IMG/VR virus record: IMGVR_UViG_3300050821_009835
Location: 62,001 to 126,000 of that record
DNA length: 64,000 nt
Strand: one strand, 5' to 3'
Positions 8,717-18,567 of this stretch are shown here, piece after piece. The stretch's first letter is position 1. The number at the start of each line of letters is the position of its first letter. A model generated the notes under the pieces. That model did not search any database, was not told where the DNA came from, and worked only from the letters and a program-made list of their open reading frames with translations. The position numbers and the translations under genes were made by a program.

Positions 8717-9748
8717 ATGGACACATCAACACCCGGTTTAAAGACCTTTTGGCAAAAGCCAGAAGGCAGAGCAGGAGCAGTAGTTTTATTGGCTGCTAGT
8801 GCAGCAGGGATATACGGGTTCGGCCTGGCTCTCCCATTTCTCACTGCCATGCTCGCCGATACCCTCCATATGGCGTACTTGGCCGGGACTTTGTTTGCGA
8901 TCTTTGCGGTCATTTCTAACAACGATTTTCGTTCGGCTGTAAAAAATGGTTTTCAACTTATCATGCGTTGGAGTTTGGGTCGATTGATTGAACTTGATCC
9001 TATCGGTATTGAAAAGAATTACCGAGACGATATGACTCAGGAAAAAGTAAAGTTGGACAAAGGCGTGGAAGGCTGCGCCGGGGCTAAAGAGGGGCTTGAG
9101 CGCAATATTGCCAACAATAACGACGCTATTCAGCATGCCAAGTCTGAAATTTTTCAAACGGATCGCATGATTGCTTCAGAAAGGAACCCGGTTAAACTGA
9201 ACGGTCTGAATCTTAGCAAGCAACGATTTCTTGAAATCATTGCTAGAAAAATGGCCACCAACCAAAACCTGCAGAAGACACTAGACATGACTAACGGTCT
9301 GTATGAACGTTCTCAACGGATGCAGCAGTTGGCTGAATATAACATCGAAAATCTGAATGCCCAGATCGAGAATGACGAGCAAGAGAGAAACGCTATTCTG
9401 GAAGCCTACAAATCTCTCGGTCCTATGCAGAAGTTGATTCGCGGGGAACCCGAAGCACTAAAGACGTTCAATGCTGCCAGAGAATTCGCGGCACGCGACA
9501 ATTCACGGATGCTCGGGGCTATGAAAGATTTCTCAGCCTACTCTGAAAAGTATTTAACGGGTATGGATATCGAGCAAGGTGCCGCTACTGCTGATGCTGA
9601 AAAAATGATTAGTAACATTGAAAAAACAATGCAACTAACCAGTGGGGGTGGTGATACTGTACCCATGGGCATTGTTAGGGCTGACGCTGTTACGGTTCCT
9701 AACTCATCAAAAGCAGTAAGTGGTGATTACCTCGCTTCACTTAAGTAA
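8717..9748 (+). CDS. Membrane-anchored PspA/IM30-like coiled-coil protein
   Basis: Two N-terminal TM helices and a long coiled coil; SD AGGAGG. Family call is from architecture only. Confidence 0.55.
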   Translation: MDTSTPGLKTFWQKPEGRAGAVVLLAASAAGIYGFGLALPFLTAMLADTLHMAYLAGTLFAIFAVISNNDFRSAVKNGFQLIMRWSLGRLIELDPIGIEKNYRDDMTQEKVKLDKGVEGCAGAKEGLERNIANNNDAIQHAKSEIFQTDRMIASERNPVKLNGLNLSKQRFLEIIARKMATNQNLQKTLDMTNGLYERSQRMQQLAEYNIENLNAQIENDEQERNAILEAYKSLGPMQKLIRGEPEALKTFNAAREFAARDNSRMLGAMKDFSAYSEKYLTGMDIEQGAATADAEKMISNIEKTMQLTSGGGDTVPMGIVRADAVTVPNSSKAVSGDYLASLK

Positions 9749-9791
9749 AATTCAAACAAAAGTAAAAATTCAAATAAAAACGGAGATTAAA

Positions 9792-11624
9792 ATGTCAGAG
9801 ATTCACGTGAAGAAATCAGTAAAACTCTGGGTTGGCGGTTTGATTATCGCAGGATTGTTTTTCGGGATACATTACGGGATTATCCCAGTTCCTGCTATCG
9901 GTATTTTGAAGGCAGTTGTTCCACAGAAGGCGAATTTGCCAGACATTTCCGATGCTAAGATTGCTGATGTAAAACCTGAAGTCTTCCCATCCTCAATCCC
10001 TAACGGGTGCCAAGATCCTATCCGCGCTGAAAACTGGGCGTGGAATGCTAATATGGGTTGGAATTACTCCAATGGTGGAATCGATACCACCAAAGGCAGC
10101 ATTGCCGAAAAATACGGCGTCTGTGAACACATTGGACGGCAAGACGACAATGCTCAGATGCAGAATGATCTTCTTGCCTGTGCTAAGGACCTCAAAGAAC
10201 CACATTCAACCGAATGCTCTAACGGGGTTCAATTCATCACCATTATGGGCGATGGGGCAGGAGCATTTCTTGCAACTTTGAACGCTCAGGCTAAAAAGCT
10301 CTGTGCTGACTGTACGGCTGAAATTGTGGGAACTACGGGCTTCAGCAGAGGCGAAGATAAACTAATGGGGCCGCCCTCATGGAAGAATCCGCATTCAATG
10401 GTCGGCGACGGCTTAATTGCCGGGGTTCTTCGTGACGGTGATTGGAACACGGCTCAAAAGTATATTGGAGACAATGGACTTAAGAACAACCCGGATGAGA
10501 AAACATTTGATCCTGACGCGGTTAACTGGGTTAACGCTGGGGATTACGTCAAAGCAGCTGAGATGTATGTTGCCGGATATTGTGAAGACAGAAAAGTCAT
10601 CAAAAACGGCAAACTTACGGGCGAAACTGTCAATGTTTGTGTGAAAGGCGTAGTTACTTGGACGCCAGCCGATGTAACTGCTGCTGAAAAGGGCGGTGGT
10701 CTTCAAAATATCGTTAGCACCGAACAATACCGTTCACAAATGCCGAGTGCTTTAATCGGTATCAAGAAGTGGAATAAAACTCACTCGGACAAACTCGCTG
10801 CTCTACTCGCTGCTGCGCTTGAAGCAGGCGATCAAATTAGAGCTTATCCGAAGGCGCTCACGATCGCGGCTGATATTTCAGCTAAGATTTATGGGGAGCA
10901 AAATGGAGCTTACTGGGAGAAATATTACACCGGGACCACTGAACAAGTCTGCAGCAAACATTTAGAGGACGGCGCTTGCAGAGCAAGCAAGATGGCAGTA
11001 AAACTTGGTGGTAGCTATGCAGATAACATGCATGACGCCCTAGCTGAGTTTGGTGTCGATCCTGGAATGCCTTCTAACAATAACTTCAAGGCTACATACA
11101 CCATCTTCGCAAAGATTGTGGACCAGCAGTACCACCCTCTATTTGAGAAAACTCCTATCCCAGAATTCAAGGATATAGCAACGGCGGCTTATTTGTTACA
11201 AGCCAAGAGTCTTATGGATGATCCTGGCTCCGCCGCCGTCAAACCTCAATATTCGGCTGACGAGCAACCTACGGAGCAATTCGGTGATGTCAACAAAAAC
11301 ATCGAATTTAACACCGGATCAGCCGTACTTACTCCACAAGGGCTAGCAACTGTGGCTGGTATGAAGGATGATCTCGCCATCACTAAAGGCTATATCACTT
11401 TAGACGGCAATACCGATAACACGGGAAACGCTGATACCAACACAAAGCTATCCCTGGCTAGAGCAGAAGCTGTGAAGCTGGCAATCCAAAAAATGGCTCC
11501 TGGCGATTTCCCTTCGGAGCGATTCAGGGTTAATGGCTATGGGCCATCGAAGCCTGTTGCAGATAATTCAACCAACGAAGGACGGGCCAAGAATCGCAGA
11601 GTAGAAGTAATTCTGGCTAACTAA
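9792..11624 (+). CDS. ABC substrate-binding protein fused to a C-terminal OmpA-like peptidoglycan-binding domain
   Basis: N-terminal TM anchor; periplasmic-binding-like core (SRGEDK, DGDWN, VTWTP); OmpA motifs GNTDNTG...LSLARAEAV...GRAKNRRVEV. Confidence 0.85.
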   Translation: MSEIHVKKSVKLWVGGLIIAGLFFGIHYGIIPVPAIGILKAVVPQKANLPDISDAKIADVKPEVFPSSIPNGCQDPIRAENWAWNANMGWNYSNGGIDTTKGSIAEKYGVCEHIGRQDDNAQMQNDLLACAKDLKEPHSTECSNGVQFITIMGDGAGAFLATLNAQAKKLCADCTAEIVGTTGFSRGEDKLMGPPSWKNPHSMVGDGLIAGVLRDGDWNTAQKYIGDNGLKNNPDEKTFDPDAVNWVNAGDYVKAAEMYVAGYCEDRKVIKNGKLTGETVNVCVKGVVTWTPADVTAAEKGGGLQNIVSTEQYRSQMPSALIGIKKWNKTHSDKLAALLAAALEAGDQIRAYPKALTIAADISAKIYGEQNGAYWEKYYTGTTEQVCSKHLEDGACRASKMAVKLGGSYADNMHDALAEFGVDPGMPSNNNFKATYTIFAKIVDQQYHPLFEKTPIPEFKDIATAAYLLQAKSLMDDPGSAAVKPQYSADEQPTEQFGDVNKNIEFNTGSAVLTPQGLATVAGMKDDLAITKGYITLDGNTDNTGNADTNTKLSLARAEAVKLAIQKMAPGDFPSERFRVNGYGPSKPVADNSTNEGRAKNRRVEVILAN

Positions 11625-11628
11625 GACC

Positions 11629-12414
11629 ATGAATGAAGCTTTAGCAATTCTGTCACCTAACCAAGCAGTTTCGAAGCGGGTGTTAAGAACACTGGTGATT
11701 GGACAAATAGTAATCTTTGTCCTTTACTGGGCGTTCTTAACACCCGCCGTAATACCAAAACCCGCTGAAGTACTCGAGTCATTAAAAGAACTTTGGGGTA
11801 ATGGGCTGGTTATGGAGTTGATAACAAGCCTTTCATTGTATGCCGAAGCATTGTTATGCGCAACTGTTTTTTCAATGCTTCTAGCTTACGCTTCAACCAT
11901 AGCATTCTTTAAGCCTGTAGCCAACTTTTGGGCAAAGCTACGCTTTCTCGGGTTAGTGGGGCTGCCTTTTCTTTTCACTCTCTATGTACAAGGAGCGCAC
12001 AACTTAAAACTAGCACTTCTAACATTCTCAATCTCGGTGTTCATGATCACGTCCATGCTTGATGTGGTGGACCTTATTCCGAAGGAAAAATATGACTTGG
12101 CTAGGACACTGAGAATGAACGAATGGCAGGTGCTTTGGGAAGTAGTAATCCTGGGTAGGATTGATGTCTGCTTTGACGTTATCAGGCAAAACGCAGCCAT
12201 CGGATGGATGATGCTCCCTATGATCGAAGGATTGTTCAGATCTGAGGGTGGTATTGGGGTGCTCCTAGATACCCAAAGTAAATATTTCAAACTATCAGAG
12301 GTAGCCGCTCTTCAAATTGCGATATTAATGCTCGGGCTAGGGCAGGATTACTTGATTGGGGTTATAAAGGGCTGGACTTGTCCTTACGCCAATCTGCTTC
12401 TGGAAAGAAGATAA
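11629..12414 (+). CDS. ABC transporter permease (NitT/TauT type)
   Basis: About six hydrophobic segments; EAA-like loop YDLARTLRMNEWQVLWEVVI; SEGGIG. Confidence 0.88.
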   Translation: MNEALAILSPNQAVSKRVLRTLVIGQIVIFVLYWAFLTPAVIPKPAEVLESLKELWGNGLVMELITSLSLYAEALLCATVFSMLLAYASTIAFFKPVANFWAKLRFLGLVGLPFLFTLYVQGAHNLKLALLTFSISVFMITSMLDVVDLIPKEKYDLARTLRMNEWQVLWEVVILGRIDVCFDVIRQNAAIGWMMLPMIEGLFRSEGGIGVLLDTQSKYFKLSEVAALQIAILMLGLGQDYLIGVIKGWTCPYANLLLERR

Positions 12415-12416
12415 CA

Positions 12417-13076
12417 GTGACAGCAAAACTATTGATGATTCTAACTCTCTTTGTTGGCCTTAGCTACGGCCAAGAAGTCATTATGAATCAACCCTCTGCC
12501 GATGTACCAAATCAAGGTGGGGTATTCTTGAGATTTGACTCTTTTTACACGCAGCACCCCGCCTATTTTTCCGGGATATTCAATACGGCGGTGGGATTAG
12601 GTTTTAACGCCGAAACGTCGTTCAACATCGCCGATGCCACTCACGAATCAAGGGTCTTTGTCCCAGGATTTAAATGGCAAGTGTGGAAGAAAAATAACCT
12701 GATAGCTTATGTTGGTGACCAAATCATCGTACCCAACAAAGGTAATGCAGGTAATAATTCGTATGAGGCTGTAGCTTGGTCAACGGGCAATCTAAGATTT
12801 ACGGGTGGTTCGTTTCAGTCTCATAACAGTGTCCAGATGGGCAACAGAGCAGGGGCATTTGCCGGGGTTGAATGGACCACAAGGACATTTAGAAATGGGT
12901 GGACTTTGATGCCAGGCATTGACTGGGCCTCGGGAGCAGGTTCTAACGGGTATTATAGTCCAGGTCTGTCTTTCATGCACAAATCCTTTTTCGTATGTCC
13001 GGGCTACATGATTGGTAACCCTGGAAATAAATTTGGAGCACATCAATCCTTTGTAATGATAGGAGTAACACTATGA
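12417..13076 (+). CDS. Secreted beta-rich protein, candidate outer-membrane barrel
   Basis: Signal peptide (AKLLMILTLFVGLSYG); alternating aromatic/Gly strands; C-terminus SFVMIGVTL. Confidence 0.5.
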   Translation: MTAKLLMILTLFVGLSYGQEVIMNQPSADVPNQGGVFLRFDSFYTQHPAYFSGIFNTAVGLGFNAETSFNIADATHESRVFVPGFKWQVWKKNNLIAYVGDQIIVPNKGNAGNNSYEAVAWSTGNLRFTGGSFQSHNSVQMGNRAGAFAGVEWTTRTFRNGWTLMPGIDWASGAGSNGYYSPGLSFMHKSFFVCPGYMIGNPGNKFGAHQSFVMIGVTL

Positions 13077-13249
13077 AAGCAAATCTGTTAATCTGCACTT
13101 GCGGGGATTGTCTACACTGGGAACTTCTCCAGCAATCAATCGTCTGCAAATCCTGTGGCATAGAATTTCCCATCCCGGGACTCGGCAAATTCATTCAGGA
13201 ACACGTTGACAAACACGATGCTTTGGCCTGGAAAGAACACGAGAGATAA
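13073..13249 (+). CDS. Small Cys-rich protein (58 aa)
   Basis: CTCGDC...CKSC; ATGA overlap upstream, abuts the ATPase start. Read by hand. Confidence 0.6.
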   Translation: MKANLLICTCGDCLHWELLQQSIVCKSCGIEFPIPGLGKFIQEHVDKHDALAWKEHER

Positions 13250-14086
13250 ATGCAGCATTGCCCTTACAATACGGATTGTTCAGGGTGCGTCTCATTTGAA
13301 GACACTCTGCTTGACGTTTCCCATGTTGGCCTTTCCTACGGCGACAAAGTAATTCTTCGCGATGTGGACGTCAAAGTCCAAAAGGTTAAAAGACGTTGCC
13401 ATATTCAAGGGCAGGTTGTAGGTTTCCTTGGCCCGTCGGGTATCGGCAAAACTCAACTTTTCAGAATCATGGCGGGTTTGAACAAACCGACCTCTGGTGC
13501 TGTTTTTGTGAACTCCCATCACGACCCTGTTCACGCCGGAATGGTGGGTGTTGTCTCTCAAAACTACACACTATTCGAGCATCGTACAATTTACGGCAAT
13601 TTGATGCTCGCCGCCGACAAAAAGTACAAGGATGATCATGAGAGGAAAGAAAAAGTAGATAACTATCTCAACATGTTTGAGCTGTACGACAAGAAACTAC
13701 TGTATCCGGCTCACCTCTCAGGAGGTCAACGCCAGCGAATCGCAATTGTCCAACAGCTACTTTCTAGCGACCATTTCATTTTAATGGATGAACCATTTTC
13801 TGGCCTTGATCTCGTAATGCTAGAAAAAGTTTGCAAGTTGATCGTGGATGTTTCGTGCTTAGATGAGCTTAATACTATCATTGTGGTTACCCACGACATC
13901 ACAGCGGCAGCGAGTGTTTCCGATCATTTATGGCTGATGGGTCGTGACGCAGGCTTACCGGGAGCTAGGATTCAAGAAAATTACAACATGGTCGACTTGG
14001 GATTGTGTTGGCAAGAAAATATCACCACACGTCCTGATTTCATCGATTTTGTGCGGACTGTAAAAGAGAGGTTCCGAACGCTATGA
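13250..14086 (+). CDS. ABC transporter ATP-binding protein
   Basis: Walker A GPSGIGKT, signature LSGGQ, Walker B ILMDE, H-loop VTHD. Confidence 0.95.
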   Translation: MQHCPYNTDCSGCVSFEDTLLDVSHVGLSYGDKVILRDVDVKVQKVKRRCHIQGQVVGFLGPSGIGKTQLFRIMAGLNKPTSGAVFVNSHHDPVHAGMVGVVSQNYTLFEHRTIYGNLMLAADKKYKDDHERKEKVDNYLNMFELYDKKLLYPAHLSGGQRQRIAIVQQLLSSDHFILMDEPFSGLDLVMLEKVCKLIVDVSCLDELNTIIVVTHDITAAASVSDHLWLMGRDAGLPGARIQENYNMVDLGLCWQENITTRPDFIDFVRTVKERFRTL

Positions 14087-14229
14087 AAAGAATGATTATT
14101 CTGTCGGTTTTGATCTTAATGGCCCTCTTCGTAATCGTCAATTCATTTTTCGTCGTTAAAACTGGATTGGCTTTGTTTGTCCTGGGTTGTATCGGTGTTG
14201 CAGTATACGTAAGTAGCGGACGAAAGTGA
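14083..14229 (+). CDS. Small two-TM membrane protein (48 aa)
   Basis: MKRMIILSVLILMALFVIVNSFFVVKTGLALFVLGCIGVAVYVSSGRK; ATGA overlap with the ATPase stop. Confidence 0.6.
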   Translation: MKRMIILSVLILMALFVIVNSFFVVKTGLALFVLGCIGVAVYVSSGRK

Positions 14230-14231
14230 TA

Positions 14232-14584
14232 ATGGACATCACGCTCAAGACCGATATTCCCGGCTTCGTGCTAAATCTTCATACAGAAAATGGCAAAGGT
14301 GTCTTATCCTGGATGAAGGATAGAGAAGCACTGATTCGCATGTTTCTCCAATCCAGAAGCTGTTGAGATTCTAGAAAGAGAATTTCGGGCAGATTTAATA
14401 ACGCAATGACAAGAAAATTTGGGGAACCACCGAAGTCCCAGATCTCACTGAGATTGTCTGTATATTTCATGGTAAGCAAGGTAAAAACGCCTTAACCCTA
14501 TTTGTCCCTGGTGAAATCTGTATACATGGAGCAATGATTCCCTACTGTTGCGATATTATGGCAACTTGTACTTGCAAATCATGA
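14232..14584 (+). pseudogene. Possible doubly frameshifted gene
   Basis: Three staggered open frames (14232-14366, about 14335-14409, about 14402-14584). The last lacks an early start yet ends in an ATGA overlap with a 34-codon ORF at 14581. Confidence 0.3.
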
Positions 14585-14713
14585 AAAACGACCTTGATCC
14601 CTTCCATAGAATCTATGGAACATCAGGTGTCCGTCCAATCCCCTTCGAGGAAGAGTCTAAGATTGTGGAATCTTCAAAAAGTTGACTCCGCAACCCAAAT
14701 AGAGGGCTGCTAA

Positions 14714-15421
14714 ATGAATTCACGAATCGCCAAGAAATCACCTGAAGAATCCAGATTCACTCAAATGATGACCGCTCAAGGATGGATGCTTACGGGTGGC
14801 AATAATGTGTGGTTGATCTTCAAGAAAAAGGGCGTGCCTGGCGAGATAGTTGTCACTCGTGGAACTAAAGAATGGGCTTATGATCGTTCTGAAGATGTAG
14901 ACGCTGATCCAGCAGCACAGGGTAAAGGTTTTCAATCTCTGCAAAAGGCTCTACCCACAATTCAGAAAGCCAAAGCTATACACGCTGATTTGGAAGATGA
15001 GGAGACCAATCCTCTTCCTGCTCCTTTTAGGCGAGAAGGACCTAACGTGCAACGCATTACGGGGACAGATCACCAAGGACATGCACAGTTGGGCGATGCT
15101 CAAAATGTTTTAAACTTCCTCCAAGCTAATGGCCCAAAACTCCCACAGCAAGTAGCCGAAGCATTCGGATGGTCGTATGAACAAGCCTATGGGATGCTAG
15201 AACACCTGCGTGCTGAGGGTAAGATAGGCATTAAGCAGATGCGCTATTACGTCAAGCAGGCCAGTCGGTTCCGTTTTAAAAGCAAGATCCTTTACCGCAA
15301 AACCAAGCCAGTCAGCATATTCCAGAGTGAGAACAAAACGATAAAAGAGGGCGGTCCGCAAGGCGACGACATCTCTCGCAAATCTGACGGCGATTACCCT
15401 AAAATGCGTCGCTCACGGTAG
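14714..15421 (+). CDS. Multi-domain protein with winged-HTH-like segment
   Basis: LPQQVAEAFGWSYEQAYGMLEHLRAEGKI; segments bounded by RIAK, KAKA and KQAS. Confidence 0.65.
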   Translation: MNSRIAKKSPEESRFTQMMTAQGWMLTGGNNVWLIFKKKGVPGEIVVTRGTKEWAYDRSEDVDADPAAQGKGFQSLQKALPTIQKAKAIHADLEDEETNPLPAPFRREGPNVQRITGTDHQGHAQLGDAQNVLNFLQANGPKLPQQVAEAFGWSYEQAYGMLEHLRAEGKIGIKQMRYYVKQASRFRFKSKILYRKTKPVSIFQSENKTIKEGGPQGDDISRKSDGDYPKMRRSR

Positions 15422-15433
15422 TATCTAGGCAAC

Positions 15434-15937
15434 ATGAATGTTCAAACAACCTCTGTGCTGCGTCTTGAGAACGCACTCCTCTTAGCAACTAAAGCCCATT
15501 ACGGCCAACTCGATAAAGCCGGGCAGCCCTATATCCTGCATCCAATTGCGGTGATGGAAATGATCCGAAAAGAGTTTGCCGAACACCCCAAAAAGATTCC
15601 AGCGGGTGTGACACTAGACGATCTGCTGATCGCCGCACTACTCCACGACACAGTCGAAGACACTGAAGTTACACTTGACCAAATCGATCAAGAGTTCGGC
15701 CCGGTTGTTCGCGAAATTGTGGATGGTGTGACACGACGTCGTGACTCTTGGAAAGATCATATTGGCGACGAGAATTACATAGATTTCATTTACCGCGCCA
15801 AACGACAGCCCGGCTCGCGGATCGTCAAAACTGCCGATCTTCACCACAACATGAGTCGTATTCATAACTTGCCGCCATCAGAACAAGGCATCTTGAATCG
15901 GTATCTCCGAGCGGAAAGGATTCTGAACGATGAGTAG
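15434..15937 (+). CDS. HD-domain hydrolase, SpoT/Mesh1-like (small alarmone hydrolase type)
   Basis: HYGQ, PYILHP, AALLHDTVEDT, VKTADLHHN. Confidence 0.88.
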   Translation: MNVQTTSVLRLENALLLATKAHYGQLDKAGQPYILHPIAVMEMIRKEFAEHPKKIPAGVTLDDLLIAALLHDTVEDTEVTLDQIDQEFGPVVREIVDGVTRRRDSWKDHIGDENYIDFIYRAKRQPGSRIVKTADLHHNMSRIHNLPPSEQGILNRYLRAERILNDE

Positions 15938-16118
15938 ATTCCTCGTAAGCTACGACCGCACCAAGAAGATCGTAGAAGATACTGAACTCAATGCGGCCTA
16001 TCTTGAGTCTATCATCAAGAAGGATCAAACTCGTTTGGAGATCGCGCTAAAACGACTCTTTCCCAAAGCAGATACCGTCTTTATTCGTCCCGCGCTTACA
16101 GGAGATGGGGATGCCTAA
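15930..16118 (+). CDS. Hypothetical protein
   Basis: Overlaps both neighbours by a few bases. Confidence 0.55.
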   Translation: MSRFLVSYDRTKKIVEDTELNAAYLESIIKKDQTRLEIALKRLFPKADTVFIRPALTGDGDA

Positions 16119-16341
16119 ACTCTTTAGTATTGAATCCCACGATCGTTTTGATAAATTCTTCAATATCATAGGACCGGAAGGGTTCACTCTTCGAGTCGAC
16201 CAAGATGATTTTCCCTCCAAATTAGCTAATAACTATGCTAGGAAAGTTGTTGCAATCCTCAATGAGAATTGGGAAGGTCTGGAGTGTGATAATGCGGGCA
16301 TTCTCTTTCTAGGTAAAAAGACAACAGTACCTGAAAGATAG
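16111..16341 (+). CDS. Hypothetical protein
   Basis: GGAG SD 6 nt upstream of ATG 16111. Confidence 0.55.
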   Translation: MPKLFSIESHDRFDKFFNIIGPEGFTLRVDQDDFPSKLANNYARKVVAILNENWEGLECDNAGILFLGKKTTVPER

Positions 16342-16362
16342 GTATTTCCCGTAGTTTAAACC

Positions 16363-17568
16363 ATGAGCACAATGACTACCCCTGTAGACCAGCGCATTGT
16401 CAACCTGAATCAGCAGCTCATTGAAGCCGCCGACGCTTATTACAAAAAAGCCTCTCCCATTATGTCTGACGTGGCATTCGACGCCAGTGAAAAAGAATTA
16501 AAACAGCTGGTTGCAGCCTACCCTCTGTATGCTTCACTTGCCACCTATCTACAGAAAGTCGGCTCTGACCTGAAGGCCGTTTCTGGTCGCACTCCTCACC
16601 GTATCCCGATGCTGAGCATCGAAAACATGTACACTGAAGAAGATTTCCTCGCTCAGTATGATCGTTTTGGTGGCGTCCCGGTTGTGATTGAACCGAAATT
16701 TGATGGCGTAAGTATTTCCATGACCTACGTGGACGGTGAACTGACCAAGGCGCTGACTCGCGGGGATGGTACCAGTGGCGAGGACATGACCGCGCAGGTT
16801 CGCTGCACCGAAATCCCCACCTCTCTGGGCAAGGTTCTTTCGAGGAGCAACGGCGAGCCCGTGAAGGTCCCCGCGCTGGTTGAAATTCGCGGCGAACTGG
16901 TCATGCACGAAACGACCTTGAAGGCTCTGAACGCCAAGTATGCCGCATCCGGCCAGAAGACCTACGCCAACACGCGCAACCTGACCGCTGGCACGATGAA
17001 GTTGAACCCGGCCAAGTATGCGGACACGATCCGCGAGCGCAAGATCACCATTCGCCCTTGGGACGTTATTGCTGACCAAGTTCCTGACAGCCGCATCGAG
17101 CGTCTCCGCATGATTAAAAATGCGGGGTTCAGCGAACCAGAAGGTATCTTGCTCACCGACCGTAGCCAAGTGATTCCGGCGCTGCGCAAGATGCTGGAAC
17201 TGAATAAAACTGCCGATATCTACCGCGACGGCGTAGTGATGAAGGTCGACAGCGTGAAAACAAGTCGCTCATTAGGACTGGCCTCCAAGTACACAAACTA
17301 TCAGACATGCTTCAAACCGCAAGGTGACAAGGGAGTTACTTATCTACGTGAAGTCGTGTGGCAAGTGGGAAGAACAGGTCGCATTTCTCCAGTGGGAATT
17401 GTAGATCCTATAGTCTTGGCTGGGGCTACTATTACTCGAGTCAATCTCAACAACATTACTTGGATTCGAGCTATGCGGATAAAGCTAGGAAGTCGGATTT
17501 CTTTGCTTCGCAGTGGGTCGGTAATTCCTGTAGTAGAACGAGTCTTGGATGACGATCCCTCAAAATGA
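16363..17568 (+). CDS. ligA: NAD+-dependent DNA ligase, N-terminal part (adenylation + OB domains)
   Basis: YY..D..FD domain Ia, MLSI, EPKFDG (KxDG), RNLTAG, DGVVMK, GRTGRISP, RSGSVIP; stops before the Zn finger. Confidence 0.93.
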   Translation: MSTMTTPVDQRIVNLNQQLIEAADAYYKKASPIMSDVAFDASEKELKQLVAAYPLYASLATYLQKVGSDLKAVSGRTPHRIPMLSIENMYTEEDFLAQYDRFGGVPVVIEPKFDGVSISMTYVDGELTKALTRGDGTSGEDMTAQVRCTEIPTSLGKVLSRSNGEPVKVPALVEIRGELVMHETTLKALNAKYAASGQKTYANTRNLTAGTMKLNPAKYADTIRERKITIRPWDVIADQVPDSRIERLRMIKNAGFSEPEGILLTDRSQVIPALRKMLELNKTADIYRDGVVMKVDSVKTSRSLGLASKYTNYQTCFKPQGDKGVTYLREVVWQVGRTGRISPVGIVDPIVLAGATITRVNLNNITWIRAMRIKLGSRISLLRSGSVIPVVERVLDDDPSK

Positions 17569-18499
17569 AATTCATTCGATGGCCCAGTTCTTTGCAGCGG
17601 TAATACTTCGCCAAATTCTGGGCTTTTTCTAACTGAAATATGTATTCACTCTTTACCTCAAAAATCCAGTTAAGGCGAGGCACGTAGAAATCTGGATAGT
17701 AACGTCGTTCTGTCCCATCCACATCAGTGTAAAAGATAGGTAACAACGAAGTCATTTCAAAATCAAAATCTTCTTCTCGAAATCCCTGTTGTAACAATTG
17801 CTCCAGAACTCCCGATTCATACCCAGCTAGAACGAGTACCCGACCCGATGGCAACCGAAATTTTTTGTGCTGATTCTTAGCCGCTGTAGACATGACCTTT
17901 CTGGCAATTTCATGGTTTTGCATTGGATGCCTTACTCCATAATTTTCAATAAAAGTCGCCACCGATTTTGCCTGTACAGCCTTTGTTTTCAAAGGATGCC
18001 CGCCAAATCTAGAAAGCCAAGTGGCTTGAGTCTTCGCGAGGATCTCTGGCACCTTTGAGGGGTGGTCCATTCCATACTTCTCTACCATAGATTGGTGAAT
18101 AGCATCTTGAACGATTTTGACAGAAAAGGGATTCTCAAAACCGTATCTTTCCAAACAAGTTTGCTTTCCTCTAGCCCGGATCCTTGGATTCTGGAAACCA
18201 ACGTCGTGAGTCTCTCTCATCGTCTTCTGTTTCTCGGCGTCTTTCATCCAGAGATTTCTATCTTTAAGCAACGCGGGGCAGTTTGCGAGGTTGTCCACGC
18301 AACATAATAATTGATTTTTGAATTGGAATCTTGCGATTCCACCACAACCGTAGGCACAAAAACCGGACCCTACATAGAGTTGTGGCTTACTCTTAGTCCA
18401 TGTTTTTCCTTTCAATTTGTCGATCGGACAATGAGCACGATGGGCATTGTGACTTTGGCTATTCTTGAATTCTCTGCCACATTCTGAACAAACTAGCAT
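17471..18499 (-). mobile_element. Homing-endonuclease-like gene (YG.ENP repeats + PD-(D/E)xK) splitting ligA
   Basis: N-terminal C2H2-like motif, repeated [EK][RK]YG..[NH]P units, YYPDFY...IFEVKS; SD AAGGA upstream. Confidence 0.8.
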
Positions 18500-18567
18500 A
18501 CTAATTCCTTTGTTACAAATGGATTAGAAAGCTACCCGATTTTTGAGCATTAGTGGTAGTATTACGA

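Noticed and set aside
9745-9790. Duplicated A-rich unit GTAAAA(A)TTCAAA upstream of the SBP-OmpA gene
   Set aside because: Only two low-complexity copies; consistent with an unstructured translation enhancer.
16549-17169. Long antisense ORFs (e.g. 16549..17169, 56091..56807, 2531..3130, 47226..47738)
   Set aside because: They shadow well-supported genes on the other strand, with no motifs or SD.
17569-18567. Group I intron interrupting ligA
   Set aside because: The insert is almost all antisense ORF with about 68 free bases; no P7-like core seen. Splicing is not formally excluded without RT-PCR.
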